DNA from: Patescibacteria group bacterium
Lineage (GTDB): Bacteria > Patescibacteriota > JACPGU01
Direction: 5' to 3'
Assembly (NCBI GenBank): GCA_022703645.1
Contig: JAKLDG010000002.1
Coordinates: 1 to 40,237, forward strand
DNA length: 40,237 nucleotides
Of this stretch, positions 14,699 to 21,369 are shown piece by piece. Under the pieces are notes generated by a model. It made no database searches, was not told the origin of the DNA, and saw only the letters and a list, made by a program, of their open reading frames with translations. Each line of letters begins with the position of its first letter. The stretch's first letter is position 1. Made by a program: the position numbers and the translations under genes.

Positions 14699-15276
14699 TC
14701 TTTTTTTCTTAAACTATTTAATTCTTTCTTTACGCCGTTTATAAACTCGCCGACCTTTTCAGCAGTCTCGTTTCGACTGCCGATACCAAGTTTTTCTGCG
14801 TAATATCCAAAATGCGTATTTTCATTTTCGACATCAAAGCCGAAAGCGCCAATCCGCATAATACTCACAAATAAATCGTCCCATTTCAAACCTCCTTGCA
14901 CCATTCCTTGTCTGCATCGTGGCAAAGAAAATAAAATATCATAATGCGTTCCTAATCCGTCTGTCCAGCCAATAAGGCACGCACCTTGTTGCTTTATTAG
15001 TGAAGCTACTCCCATATAAGTTTCTAGGCAATTTACGACTTCATCGTATTCGTCCATTTCAATTTCCATTAGTGCGTCTGTCAATTCAGTGCTATCTTTT
15101 TTCATCACTTTTTCAATATCAACATTATATGTGCTAGCTAATTCTTTGATATTTTCTTTCGTAATATCGCTTGAACCTTTAAGACTTCCCATAAAGATTT
15201 CCAAGCAGTCATCGGCTGACATTTCCTCTTGAAATTTATCACTTCTAAAATACTCTAAAAATTGTTCTCGTGTCAT
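14695..15276 (-). CDS. Hypothetical protein (193 aa)
   Basis: The start is set at ATG 15276 (MTREQFLEYF). The longer track ORF (to 15351) would overlap the upstream gene. No recognised motif. Confidence 0.55.
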   Translation of the reverse strand: MTREQFLEYFRSDKFQEEMSADDCLEIFMGSLKGSSDITKENIKELASTYNVDIEKVMKKDSTELTDALMEIEMDEYDEVVNCLETYMGVASLIKQQGACLIGWTDGLGTHYDILFSLPRCRQGMVQGGLKWDDLFVSIMRIGAFGFDVENENTHFGYYAEKLGIGSRNETAEKVGEFINGVKKELNSLRKKE

Positions 15277-15286
15277 TTTTTTTATC

Positions 15287-15496
15287 TTAATAATTAAATA
15301 CAAATCTACCCTCGTGTGAGAAGTTAAGCAATTTTTTCTCAACTCTCTCATTGATTAAATCTTCTAAACTCATATTGAGATTGTCTGCTTCCTCTTGTGT
15401 CGTTTCACTTTCTATTTCGTCCTTAGCAATCTCAATTATTTCGTCTTGTTTGTCCTCTGATAAATCAGAAAAACAAATATAAATGCATCCGGTCAT
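15287..15496 (-). CDS. Small acidic hypothetical protein (69 aa)
   Basis: ATG-initiated and rich in D/E (SDLSEDKQDEIIEIAKDEIESETTQEEADN). Confidence 0.5.
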   Translation of the reverse strand: MTGCIYICFSDLSEDKQDEIIEIAKDEIESETTQEEADNLNMSLEDLINERVEKKLLNFSHEGRFVFNY

Positions 15497-15714
15497 ATTT
15501 TTACATTCTCATTATCGGCAAACTGTTTGACTGCTCCGACTGCTACCAGCACAATTTCTTCGGCTGATAATCCAGTAATGCGCTCATCAATCAGGCTACC
15601 GTAAATTAACTTAAAAATTAGTTCTACGCTTTTTTCTTTATCGTTTTTTCCAAAATAAGTTCCTATTTTCTTTTCGCTCAATGTTCTTTTTTGGTCTGCT
15701 GTTAAATTGCTCAT
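15493..15714 (-). CDS. Hypothetical protein (73 aa)
   Basis: ATG-initiated, with an ATGA-type overlap with the next gene. Confidence 0.5.
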   Translation of the reverse strand: MSNLTADQKRTLSEKKIGTYFGKNDKEKSVELIFKLIYGSLIDERITGLSAEEIVLVAVGAVKQFADNENVKI

Positions 15715-15718
15715 AGTC

Positions 15719-16105
15719 TTATGGTTTGTAATTAAATTCTCTTAATGTCTTTTCTCCGCAATACAAATCTCTCTCAATTCCTAAACCGAACGGCAATTTT
15801 AATTCTTGCAATTCTTTCAAACTAAAACTCCCCCACTCTTTGTCTGTAATTTCAGCAACTCCAAAAAATATGATGTCGTCCATTCTCCAACCCTCTTTTA
15901 TCAGTTGCTCTTTTTCTGCTAATGTTATCACTGCTTTATACTCTCCATTTTTTTCCATTCGGTATTGGTCAATTTCAGTAGCTAACCAAGTTCCGGCTCC
16001 GCAAGGGTTGAAAAATTTTACTATTACGATTGCGTCTGTTCCTTTTCCGTCTTGGTTTCCTATTTCTTCAAATCTCTTTTCAATTTCTTTTGTTATCAAT
16101 TTCAT
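15719..16105 (-). CDS. DUF2958-like protein
   Basis: 128 aa. VIVKFFNPCGAGTWLATEID...FFGVAEI...EWGSFSLKELQELKLPFGLGIERDLY matches my recollection of the DUF2958 pattern (KfF.P.g..tW..tE...E.G...l.EL....iERD). That family is common on conjugative plasmids. Confidence 0.55.
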   Translation of the reverse strand: MKLITKEIEKRFEEIGNQDGKGTDAIVIVKFFNPCGAGTWLATEIDQYRMEKNGEYKAVITLAEKEQLIKEGWRMDDIIFFGVAEITDKEWGSFSLKELQELKLPFGLGIERDLYCGEKTLREFNYKP

Positions 16106-16115
16106 TGTTTTTTTA

Positions 16116-16610
16116 TTATTGAATTATCCGGTAATTTTTTGCTTGCCTACCGAAAGCAAGTGCTTCGTTTTTATCCCACATAAATACATCGAAATTTTGG
16201 CAACCATAACGAGTATTCATTCTATCTGATACGATATACTCTCCCATTCCCTCAATCTCAATTTTTGTCCCGAATGGCAGGCAATTATTAGCAACTGCTT
16301 TTTCGTGGACTTTTTGATTGTTCGCCATAATGAAAGGGCTATCGTCTGTTTGAGCCTCCTCTGCGTTGTAAGCTGACACTTCCGCCTCAAATTCGTATTT
16401 TTGGGCTTCGTGTTCGCAAATCACATCTTTTAAGGTGCAAATATCAATCGTGGCAGGGGGTAGGCTGGTCGTTTCGGCTCTAACTGGTGTAATGGGGTTG
16501 ATTATGATTACTTTCTTCGTAGCGGTCAAAATTTGGTGTATCTCGCTGGGTATTATTGGAAGCAAAGCTATACCAATAATTGCTAGTGCTATTTTTATTT
16601 TTGTTTTCAT
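16116..16610 (-). CDS. Secreted or membrane-anchored 3D-domain protein (peptidoglycan-binding/lytic-transglycosylase-like)
   Basis: The N-terminus is a signal/TM segment, MKTKIKIALAIIGIALLPIIP. The C-terminus VSAYNAEEAQTDDSPFIMANNQKV...AVANNCLPFGTKIEIEGMGEYIVSDRMNTRY...FDVFMWDKNEALAFG fits the 3D-domain pattern. Confidence 0.65.
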   Translation of the reverse strand: MKTKIKIALAIIGIALLPIIPSEIHQILTATKKVIIINPITPVRAETTSLPPATIDICTLKDVICEHEAQKYEFEAEVSAYNAEEAQTDDSPFIMANNQKVHEKAVANNCLPFGTKIEIEGMGEYIVSDRMNTRYGCQNFDVFMWDKNEALAFGRQAKNYRIIQ

Positions 16611-16660
16611 TTTTTTGGGCTACTCACCCTTAGCTTTTAATTATTATCGTTTTCATTGGT

Positions 16661-16903
16661 TTATTTATACCACTTCACTGCTTTTTGAATTGCCTCTTGC
16701 CTTGTTCTCCCCCAAAATGCTCCATTCTCCCATTCGGCAACCCAACCATCTTTCCTTTCCTCGCCTCGATTATTCCAAAAGCAATAAAATGCAATCTGTG
16801 GAATAATATTGTGCGGATGTCTTTCTTCTTTCCATTTTTCAACTGCCTCGTGCCATTTTCGTAGTTGTTTTTTATTGTAGTCTATGCATTTTTGAACTAT
16901 CAT
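16661..16903 (-). CDS. Trp-rich hypothetical protein (80 aa)
   Basis: ATG 16903 is preceded by AGGAGG at 8-nt spacing. The track start at 16912 is GTG. Confidence 0.5.
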   Translation of the reverse strand: MIVQKCIDYNKKQLRKWHEAVEKWKEERHPHNIIPQIAFYCFWNNRGEERKDGWVAEWENGAFWGRTRQEAIQKAVKWYK

Positions 16904-16933
16904 CTTCTCCACCTCCTTTCTATTTTTTAATGA

Positions 16934-17320
16934 TTATTTTTTCTCTACATATTTTTTAACTTCTACAACCTCACTTCCTTCATAACTTTTTTCAATCAAC
17001 ATTTTTGCTCTTTTTTTATCTCTCGCTTTCAAAACTTTTGACCAAGTTGTTCCTGATTTTTTCTTGCTTACAACATTATAATATTCTCCTTCTTCAATTT
17101 CTCTAATTCTTTCCTCTATCTGTTGCTCTACTATTTCAATTATTGGGTCTGTCCAATCTAGTGAAGCTAATTTTAACGAAATATTGAACACTCTTGCTCT
17201 GCTTGTGCTGGATTCAAAATTCAATTCTACTTTGGTTAAATTTTTATCTTTTGAAAAATAATCAACCTCATAAATTATTTTTCCGTCTCTGCTTGTTTCA
17301 ATTTTTTTTTCTTCGTTCAT
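16934..17320 (-). CDS. Hypothetical protein (128 aa)
   Basis: ATG-initiated ORF with no recognised motif. Confidence 0.55.
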   Translation of the reverse strand: MNEEKKIETSRDGKIIYEVDYFSKDKNLTKVELNFESSTSRARVFNISLKLASLDWTDPIIEIVEQQIEERIREIEEGEYYNVVSKKKSGTTWSKVLKARDKKRAKMLIEKSYEGSEVVEVKKYVEKK

Positions 17321-17337
17321 TTTTTTATTTTTAATTA

Positions 17338-17727
17338 TTATTTAACTAATTCTTCAACTTGTGTCTTGTGAAACAAGTGATAGGTTTTCGGATAAATCAT
17401 ATCTTCCAATTCTTCTCCCTCTTTATTGACTGGGTGTATCCAAGTCAATCCTTTCACTTTTGATTTTTCTCCTTTGATAACTTTGAAGCCTGCCTCTTTC
17501 CATTTATTGAATGTCTTGCAATCTACATAAGGGATACCCTCTAAATTTTGTTCTCTCATTGCTAGTAGTGTGAAATAAAAACTATAATAACTGTAATTGC
17601 TTCCTGCTTCTCGATGTAATGCTTTGGCTGTTTCGTCGTTGTCTGCTAATTTTTTACTAGCTTGCCATTGTTCTCTAAGGCTTTTGAAATACTCTTTTTT
17701 TTCTTCTTTTGTAAATGTTTTTTTCAT
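17338..17727 (-). CDS. ArdC N-terminal-domain-like (DUF1738-like) ssDNA-binding protein
   Basis: 129 aa. NYSYYSFYFTLLAMREQNLEGIPYVDCKTFNKWKEAGFKVIKGEKSKV...YHLFHKTQVE resembles the ArdC-N pattern (YsG.N...L...TfkQ....G..VrKGEk...vFn..Q). It is the first gene after the early promoter. Confidence 0.5.
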   Translation of the reverse strand: MKKTFTKEEKKEYFKSLREQWQASKKLADNDETAKALHREAGSNYSYYSFYFTLLAMREQNLEGIPYVDCKTFNKWKEAGFKVIKGEKSKVKGLTWIHPVNKEGEELEDMIYPKTYHLFHKTQVEELVK

Positions 17728-17820
17728 TGGCTTATTATTAGTTATTTATTTTTTGTCTTTGAGATTGAGCTATCGGGTTATGTATTACTTTTGCCCGGCT
17801 GTTTTCTCTCTGACATTTAC

Positions 17821-17849
17821 ATACTAGAATACTTTTTGTCTTTTGTAAA
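17821..17849 (-). promoter_or_regulatory. Candidate early promoter: TTTACA-17 nt-TAGTAT
   Basis: The minus strand reads TTTACA (17849..17844) and TAGTAT (17826..17821). The -35-proximal sequence CTTTACAAAAGACA is shared with the promoter at 14446..14474. Confidence 0.45.
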
Positions 17850-17868
17850 GAGATAGAAAAGGTCTAAC

Positions 17869-17877
17869 TGTGGATAA
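17869..17877 (-). promoter_or_regulatory. Perfect consensus DnaA-box 9-mer (TTATCCACA on the minus strand)
   Basis: The + strand reads TGTGGATAA at 17869..17877, in the largest non-coding region. It is a single copy, so a chance occurrence is not excluded. Confidence 0.3.
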
Positions 17878-17963
17878 CTGCTCAAAAACGCTTAACAAAG
17901 GGAAAAAACGATACCGTAAAACTGTTCTTTTTATTCGACTTTATTTTTTTATATAAGAAAAAA

Positions 17964-17977
17964 CACCTTTGCAGGTG
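17964..17977 (-). terminator. Weak rho-independent terminator after the endolysin gene
   Basis: The minus-strand RNA reads CACCU-GCAA-AGGUG, followed by UUUUUUCUUAUAU. The stem is only 5 bp. Confidence 0.3.
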
Positions 17978-18034
17978 CTTTCTCCCAATCCAATGAAAAA
18001 GATTACTTTAATTCTATCTTATCTGCAATTATTG

Positions 18035-18517
18035 TCAAGCAACTTTAGCCAAACGATAACTAAAATGCTTTGTCTCCCAATTTGGTGCGCCAACTTTTTT
18101 CTCGTAATAATTTATCGCTCTTTTTACTCCTTGATAAGGGTCAAGAATATACTTGCCGGTTTTATCATTTATTCTTATTACGAAGTGCTGTTGCTTTCCG
18201 CCTTTGATAGAAAAATCAACTTCTTTAATTGACGGCGACCAAGCTGGCGGTTTGTTGATATTATATTCTCTACCAAAATATTTTAAGCCTAAAATTTCTG
18301 ACGCTTTTTCTGATATAATCATATCGCCGGAATATCCGCCTTTATCCATAAACATTTTATCAACTACCGCAGGGCTGATTTGCTTTCCCATTTTCACTGA
18401 ATACATATAAGTCCAGCAAAATAAATGGCAAGCAAATAAATTGAAGCTACTCGTTTTAACTTTCCCTAAATAATATTTCGACCATTTTTTGTCTAATTGA
18501 TTTTCAATTTTTATCAT
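18035..18517 (-). CDS. Papain-like cysteine peptidase (C39-like), endolysin candidate
   Basis: 160 aa. The Cys context FNLFACHLFCWTYMYS, then a later QQHFVIRINDKTGKYILDPY (His/Asp), is compatible with a Cys-His-Asp triad. It is the last gene of the lysis region. Confidence 0.5.
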   Translation of the reverse strand: MIKIENQLDKKWSKYYLGKVKTSSFNLFACHLFCWTYMYSVKMGKQISPAVVDKMFMDKGGYSGDMIISEKASEILGLKYFGREYNINKPPAWSPSIKEVDFSIKGGKQQHFVIRINDKTGKYILDPYQGVKRAINYYEKKVGAPNWETKHFSYRLAKVA

Positions 18518-18748
18518 AAGTTTTTTCTATATTACAATTTAATCTTTTCTCATTTCTTGACCAGCACCTTTCTTCGAGTTCTATACTTGTCAAAAATGCT
18601 ATCGCCTTATACACTCCGACAAAGAATAGAAAAACTACGACTATGACAATAATCAAAATGATTTTGTCTATTGTTGAAATTTTACTCGTATGCTTATTTT
18701 TTTAATAATTACTACGCATTCGGTTATGTATTATCCTAGCGCGCACCC

Positions 18749-18805
18749 CTTTCTTAAAATAGATTTTTCTATTTTAGGAAAGAGTGCGGAGGGCTTTGCC
18801 TCCGC
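18749..18805 (-). terminator. Tandem hairpins (15-bp AT-rich stem plus 7-bp GC stem): terminator or regulatory element
   Basis: ctttcttaaaataga (18749..18763) pairs with tctattttaggaaag (18768..18782), with a 4-nt loop. gcggagg (18786..18792) pairs with cctccgc (18799..18805). The U-tract is poor in the minus orientation. Confidence 0.4.
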
Positions 18806-18880
18806 TTAATTTATGCAATGCCTCGGACATCAAGTTCTTCGGTATTGCTGGGGGGTTTATGAAAAATACGAATTTTGAGT

Positions 18881-19387
18881 TTACAGGGCTGACAAGTGTT
18901 GTATAGGAAATTGTCGTCGCCTTGTTCCTCTCCCATTATGGCGTTGCATATCGGGCATTGTTTTATCGGGTTTTGGTATGGCATTTTCTTCTCCTTTCAG
19001 GCAGTTGTTGCATTTTTTTAGACCTTTAACTGTTTTTCCGCAAGCATTGCGACTTCCCCAATAACAGGTTTCACAATACTCGGTGTCGGCGTGAGCGTTT
19101 TTGCAGTGCGGTTTTTTGCAATCGGGACAAATGAATTTTATCCCTTCGTCGGAGCGGTCTTTTTTCGGTAGTAGTTTCACAATATCCCAAGCCAGTTGAT
19201 TGAGTTCGGCACTTAGTTGAATGTGCCTTTTTTTCCTTTCGCTGTGGCTACTCCGGTCTTTGCTCCGCCTCTCTCTTTTTCTGTCTTTCCTCTGCGGTAT
19301 TTTTTGATTTTTCAATGGCTTCCTCCTTTTCTTTACAAGACCAGCAAAGAGATAAACTCCGCACCCGATACCAAACTTGCACATCAC
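18881..19387 (-). CDS. Cys-rich basic protein (multiple CxxC), unknown function
   Basis: 168-aa ORF (GTG 19387 / ATG 19384). The C-terminal part reads ICPDCKKPHCKNAHADTEYCETCYWGSRNACGK...CNNC. It is visibly more G+C-rich than the surrounding DNA. The 5' 140 nt overlap the 19248..19409 gene in another frame. Confidence 0.4.
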   Translation of the reverse strand: MMCKFGIGCGVYLFAGLVKKRRKPLKNQKIPQRKDRKRERRSKDRSSHSERKKRHIQLSAELNQLAWDIVKLLPKKDRSDEGIKFICPDCKKPHCKNAHADTEYCETCYWGSRNACGKTVKGLKKCNNCLKGEENAIPKPDKTMPDMQRHNGRGTRRRQFPIQHLSAL

Positions 19388-19409
19388 TCCTACAATAATC
19401 GCATATCAT
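19248..19409 (-). CDS. Small zinc-ribbon protein (53 aa)
   Basis: MICDYCRSDVQVWYRVRSLSLCWSCKEKEE... (CxxC...CxxC). The ATG at 19409 is preceded by AAGGAGGT at 3-nt spacing. The longer track ORF starts at a GTG. Confidence 0.5.
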   Translation of the reverse strand: MICDYCRSDVQVWYRVRSLSLCWSCKEKEEAIEKSKNTAEERQKKREAEQRPE

Positions 19410-19507
19410 TTTACCTCCTTTCTTCCGATAATGCAATAATAAAGTTTTTCGGAAATAATCCACCCATTGACTAAAACACACATTGTCAAAGTAAGTATTT
19501 TTTCCAT
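19406..19507 (-). CDS. Small hydrophobic ORF (33 aa)
   Basis: MEKILTLTMCVLVNGWIISEKLYYCIIGRKEVK. The ATG at 19507 is preceded by AGAGGTG. Its TGA overlaps the next ATG (ATGA). Confidence 0.35.
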   Translation of the reverse strand: MEKILTLTMCVLVNGWIISEKLYYCIIGRKEVK

Positions 19508-19530
19508 AATTCACCTCTCTTTTTAAGGAA

Positions 19531-19992
19531 CTACTTTTTTCTCTTTGGAATTTCTAAAAATGTTTTTATCATATCATCGAGCTTGCAATTTATTATAGTT
19601 ATTATATCGCTCTTTACCGGTAAGCCTAATTTTTTGGCTTTCTTCATCATACTGCCAAATTCTGAAAATGTTATCAAAGAGCCTATCACATATAGCCACC
19701 ACCCAACAAAGGTGTAGGCTTTTGATAAGATTAACGAAGCAGTCAAAGTAAAAAAATAAAGTAGAAATTTTTTGCTGAATTTTTTTGCCAATAAATGCCA
19801 GCTAAAATTATACTCTACATATTTTGCTACCATTACTCCTAACACACAATCGATTGTCATAATTCCCAACAGTGCTATTAGCATAATACTTTCCCTATCC
19901 TCCAAATTAAAAAAACACGGAGGGATAAGGGCTAAAATTTTTACCCAAAAGTTATTAAATACCTCATCTAGTTTTATTGTTATGTATTTCAT
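19531..19992 (-). CDS. Multi-TM holin-like protein
   Basis: 153 aa with about 4 hydrophobic segments. The IMTIDCVLGVMVAKY...KKFSKKFLLYF pattern resembles phage holin family 4-type proteins. It lies within the lysis region. Confidence 0.55.
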   Translation of the reverse strand: MKYITIKLDEVFNNFWVKILALIPPCFFNLEDRESIMLIALLGIMTIDCVLGVMVAKYVEYNFSWHLLAKKFSKKFLLYFFTLTASLILSKAYTFVGWWLYVIGSLITFSEFGSMMKKAKKLGLPVKSDIITIINCKLDDMIKTFLEIPKRKK

Positions 19993-20162
19993 TTTCCAGC
20001 ATACGGCTTGTTTTCTCCTTTGTTCGCAAAGTAAAATGTAAACGCAGAGCCAGCCAAAATCATAAAATTATTTTCGCTTAATACCCCGATAAAAAATCCC
20101 ACGCACGCAGTTATTGTTATTAACAGAAAAACCATTTTTGACGCTGACTCTAATATTTTCAT
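19989..20162 (-). CDS. Small 2-TM membrane protein (57 aa)
   Basis: MKILESASKMVFLLITITACVGFFIGVLSENNFMILAGSAFTFYFANKG... The start is set at ATG 20162. There is an ATGA overlap with the holin start. Confidence 0.45.
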   Translation of the reverse strand: MKILESASKMVFLLITITACVGFFIGVLSENNFMILAGSAFTFYFANKGENKPYAGK

Positions 20163-20179
20163 ATTCAAAATTTTAATAA

Positions 20180-20326
20180 TTAACCAAATAAAATTTTCAT
20201 TGCGATTATTGAAATTAGCAAAGTGATTGCTCCGAGTAAAAACCAAACGGCGTGTTGATAATCTTCCCACGCTCGAAGTGGAGCAAATCTTTTTCTTTTT
20301 TCTTTCAATGTCAATTTCTTTTTCAT
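20180..20326 (-). CDS. Small basic N-terminus / C-terminal TM protein (48 aa)
   Basis: Hand translation: MKKKLTLKEKRKRFAPLRAWEDYQHAVWFLLGAITLLISIIAMKILFG. It fills the gap after the fibre gene. Confidence 0.4.
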   Translation of the reverse strand: MKKKLTLKEKRKRFAPLRAWEDYQHAVWFLLGAITLLISIIAMKILFG

Positions 20327-20343
20327 ATTGTTATCTTAAAAAA

Positions 20344-21039
20344 TTATACCTTTTGAATAAACACGGTCGCTCTGTATGGTGGCATATTATTATGAGCGCC
20401 TCCACTGCCGGCATTATTATTGGTAGCAGTTGTGGCTTGGTTTGTAGCGGTTGTGGCAATGTTGGTAGCGGTTGTATTGTTGATTGCTGGGGTTGCACTA
20501 CTTACATCATAATCGTCATCCGCATTATTATCAGCGACAGTTGTTCCACTTCCGTCAACCACCTCATTATCTCCTCCGTGATGTTTATGCGACTCTTGCG
20601 TATGGTTGTGGGGGTTTTGACTATGGTTATGAGCGTTTTGCGTGTGATTATGAGCATTTTGCGTATGCGTATGCACCGGCATTTCAGTTGCCGATAAAGT
20701 GTGATTAGCTTCTCCTCCGGTGTCTGCTGTGTCATAAGTTCCACCGGTATCTTGCCCCGGACAAAGTGCAAATTTATTTCTCATATCAATCGTTCCATTT
20801 GAGCCATTGCAAAAGCTATATCCAGCCGGAATTGTAGCAATCGTTCCGTTCCACATAATGATTCCACCTTTTGGAAGTAGTCCCCAATCAGCGTGAATAT
20901 CTGCCGGAGCAATCAAAGTTCCGTCCTCGTCGCTGTGGTGTGCGCCAGCAATTAAATCCAGCATATCGTCAAAATTTTGATTGACTTCCTCGGGGTCAAT
21001 AGTGGTGTTGTTTGTGAAAGTGTAAGACTTATTTATCAT
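20344..21039 (-). CDS. Tail-collar-domain fibre protein with His-rich repeat insert
   Basis: GGIIMWNGTIATIPAGYSFCNGSNGTIDMRNKF...GGEANHTLSATEMPVHTH...GGAHNNMPPYRATVFIQKV matches the phage tail-collar pattern. The start is set at ATG 21039; the track start at 21057 is TTG. Confidence 0.75.
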   Translation of the reverse strand: MINKSYTFTNNTTIDPEEVNQNFDDMLDLIAGAHHSDEDGTLIAPADIHADWGLLPKGGIIMWNGTIATIPAGYSFCNGSNGTIDMRNKFALCPGQDTGGTYDTADTGGEANHTLSATEMPVHTHTQNAHNHTQNAHNHSQNPHNHTQESHKHHGGDNEVVDGSGTTVADNNADDDYDVSSATPAINNTTATNIATTATNQATTATNNNAGSGGAHNNMPPYRATVFIQKV

Positions 21040-21367
21040 ATTTTTTAAGTTTATCAATTATTACTCCTAGTTTTGATTCTACTCGGGTTATGGCAGTCTT
21101 ATCTATTCTTTCTAATTGTCTTTCTCTAACTTTTTTATCCAAAACTTTTCCTTTTATTTTATCTGTTCTTTGTTTTTTTATTGCCTCGAATAATCTGTCA
21201 ACTTGCGATTCTTTCAAATTATCAACTGCACTTTTACTCAAAGCCATTCTCATTTTTGAGCCGTCAGATAAATTGAACCAAACCTCTCGATAATTTACAC
21301 GCTGAACAATCCCATTCGGGGTTATTCTTAAAATCACTTCATCTGTTATTGGACATCTTATTTCCAT
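21029..21367 (-). CDS. Hypothetical tail-module protein (112 aa)
   Basis: ATG-initiated ORF between the Tal-like and fibre genes. Confidence 0.55.
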   Translation of the reverse strand: MEIRCPITDEVILRITPNGIVQRVNYREVWFNLSDGSKMRMALSKSAVDNLKESQVDRLFEAIKKQRTDKIKGKVLDKKVRERQLERIDKTAITRVESKLGVIIDKLKKYDK

Positions 21368-21369
21368 AT

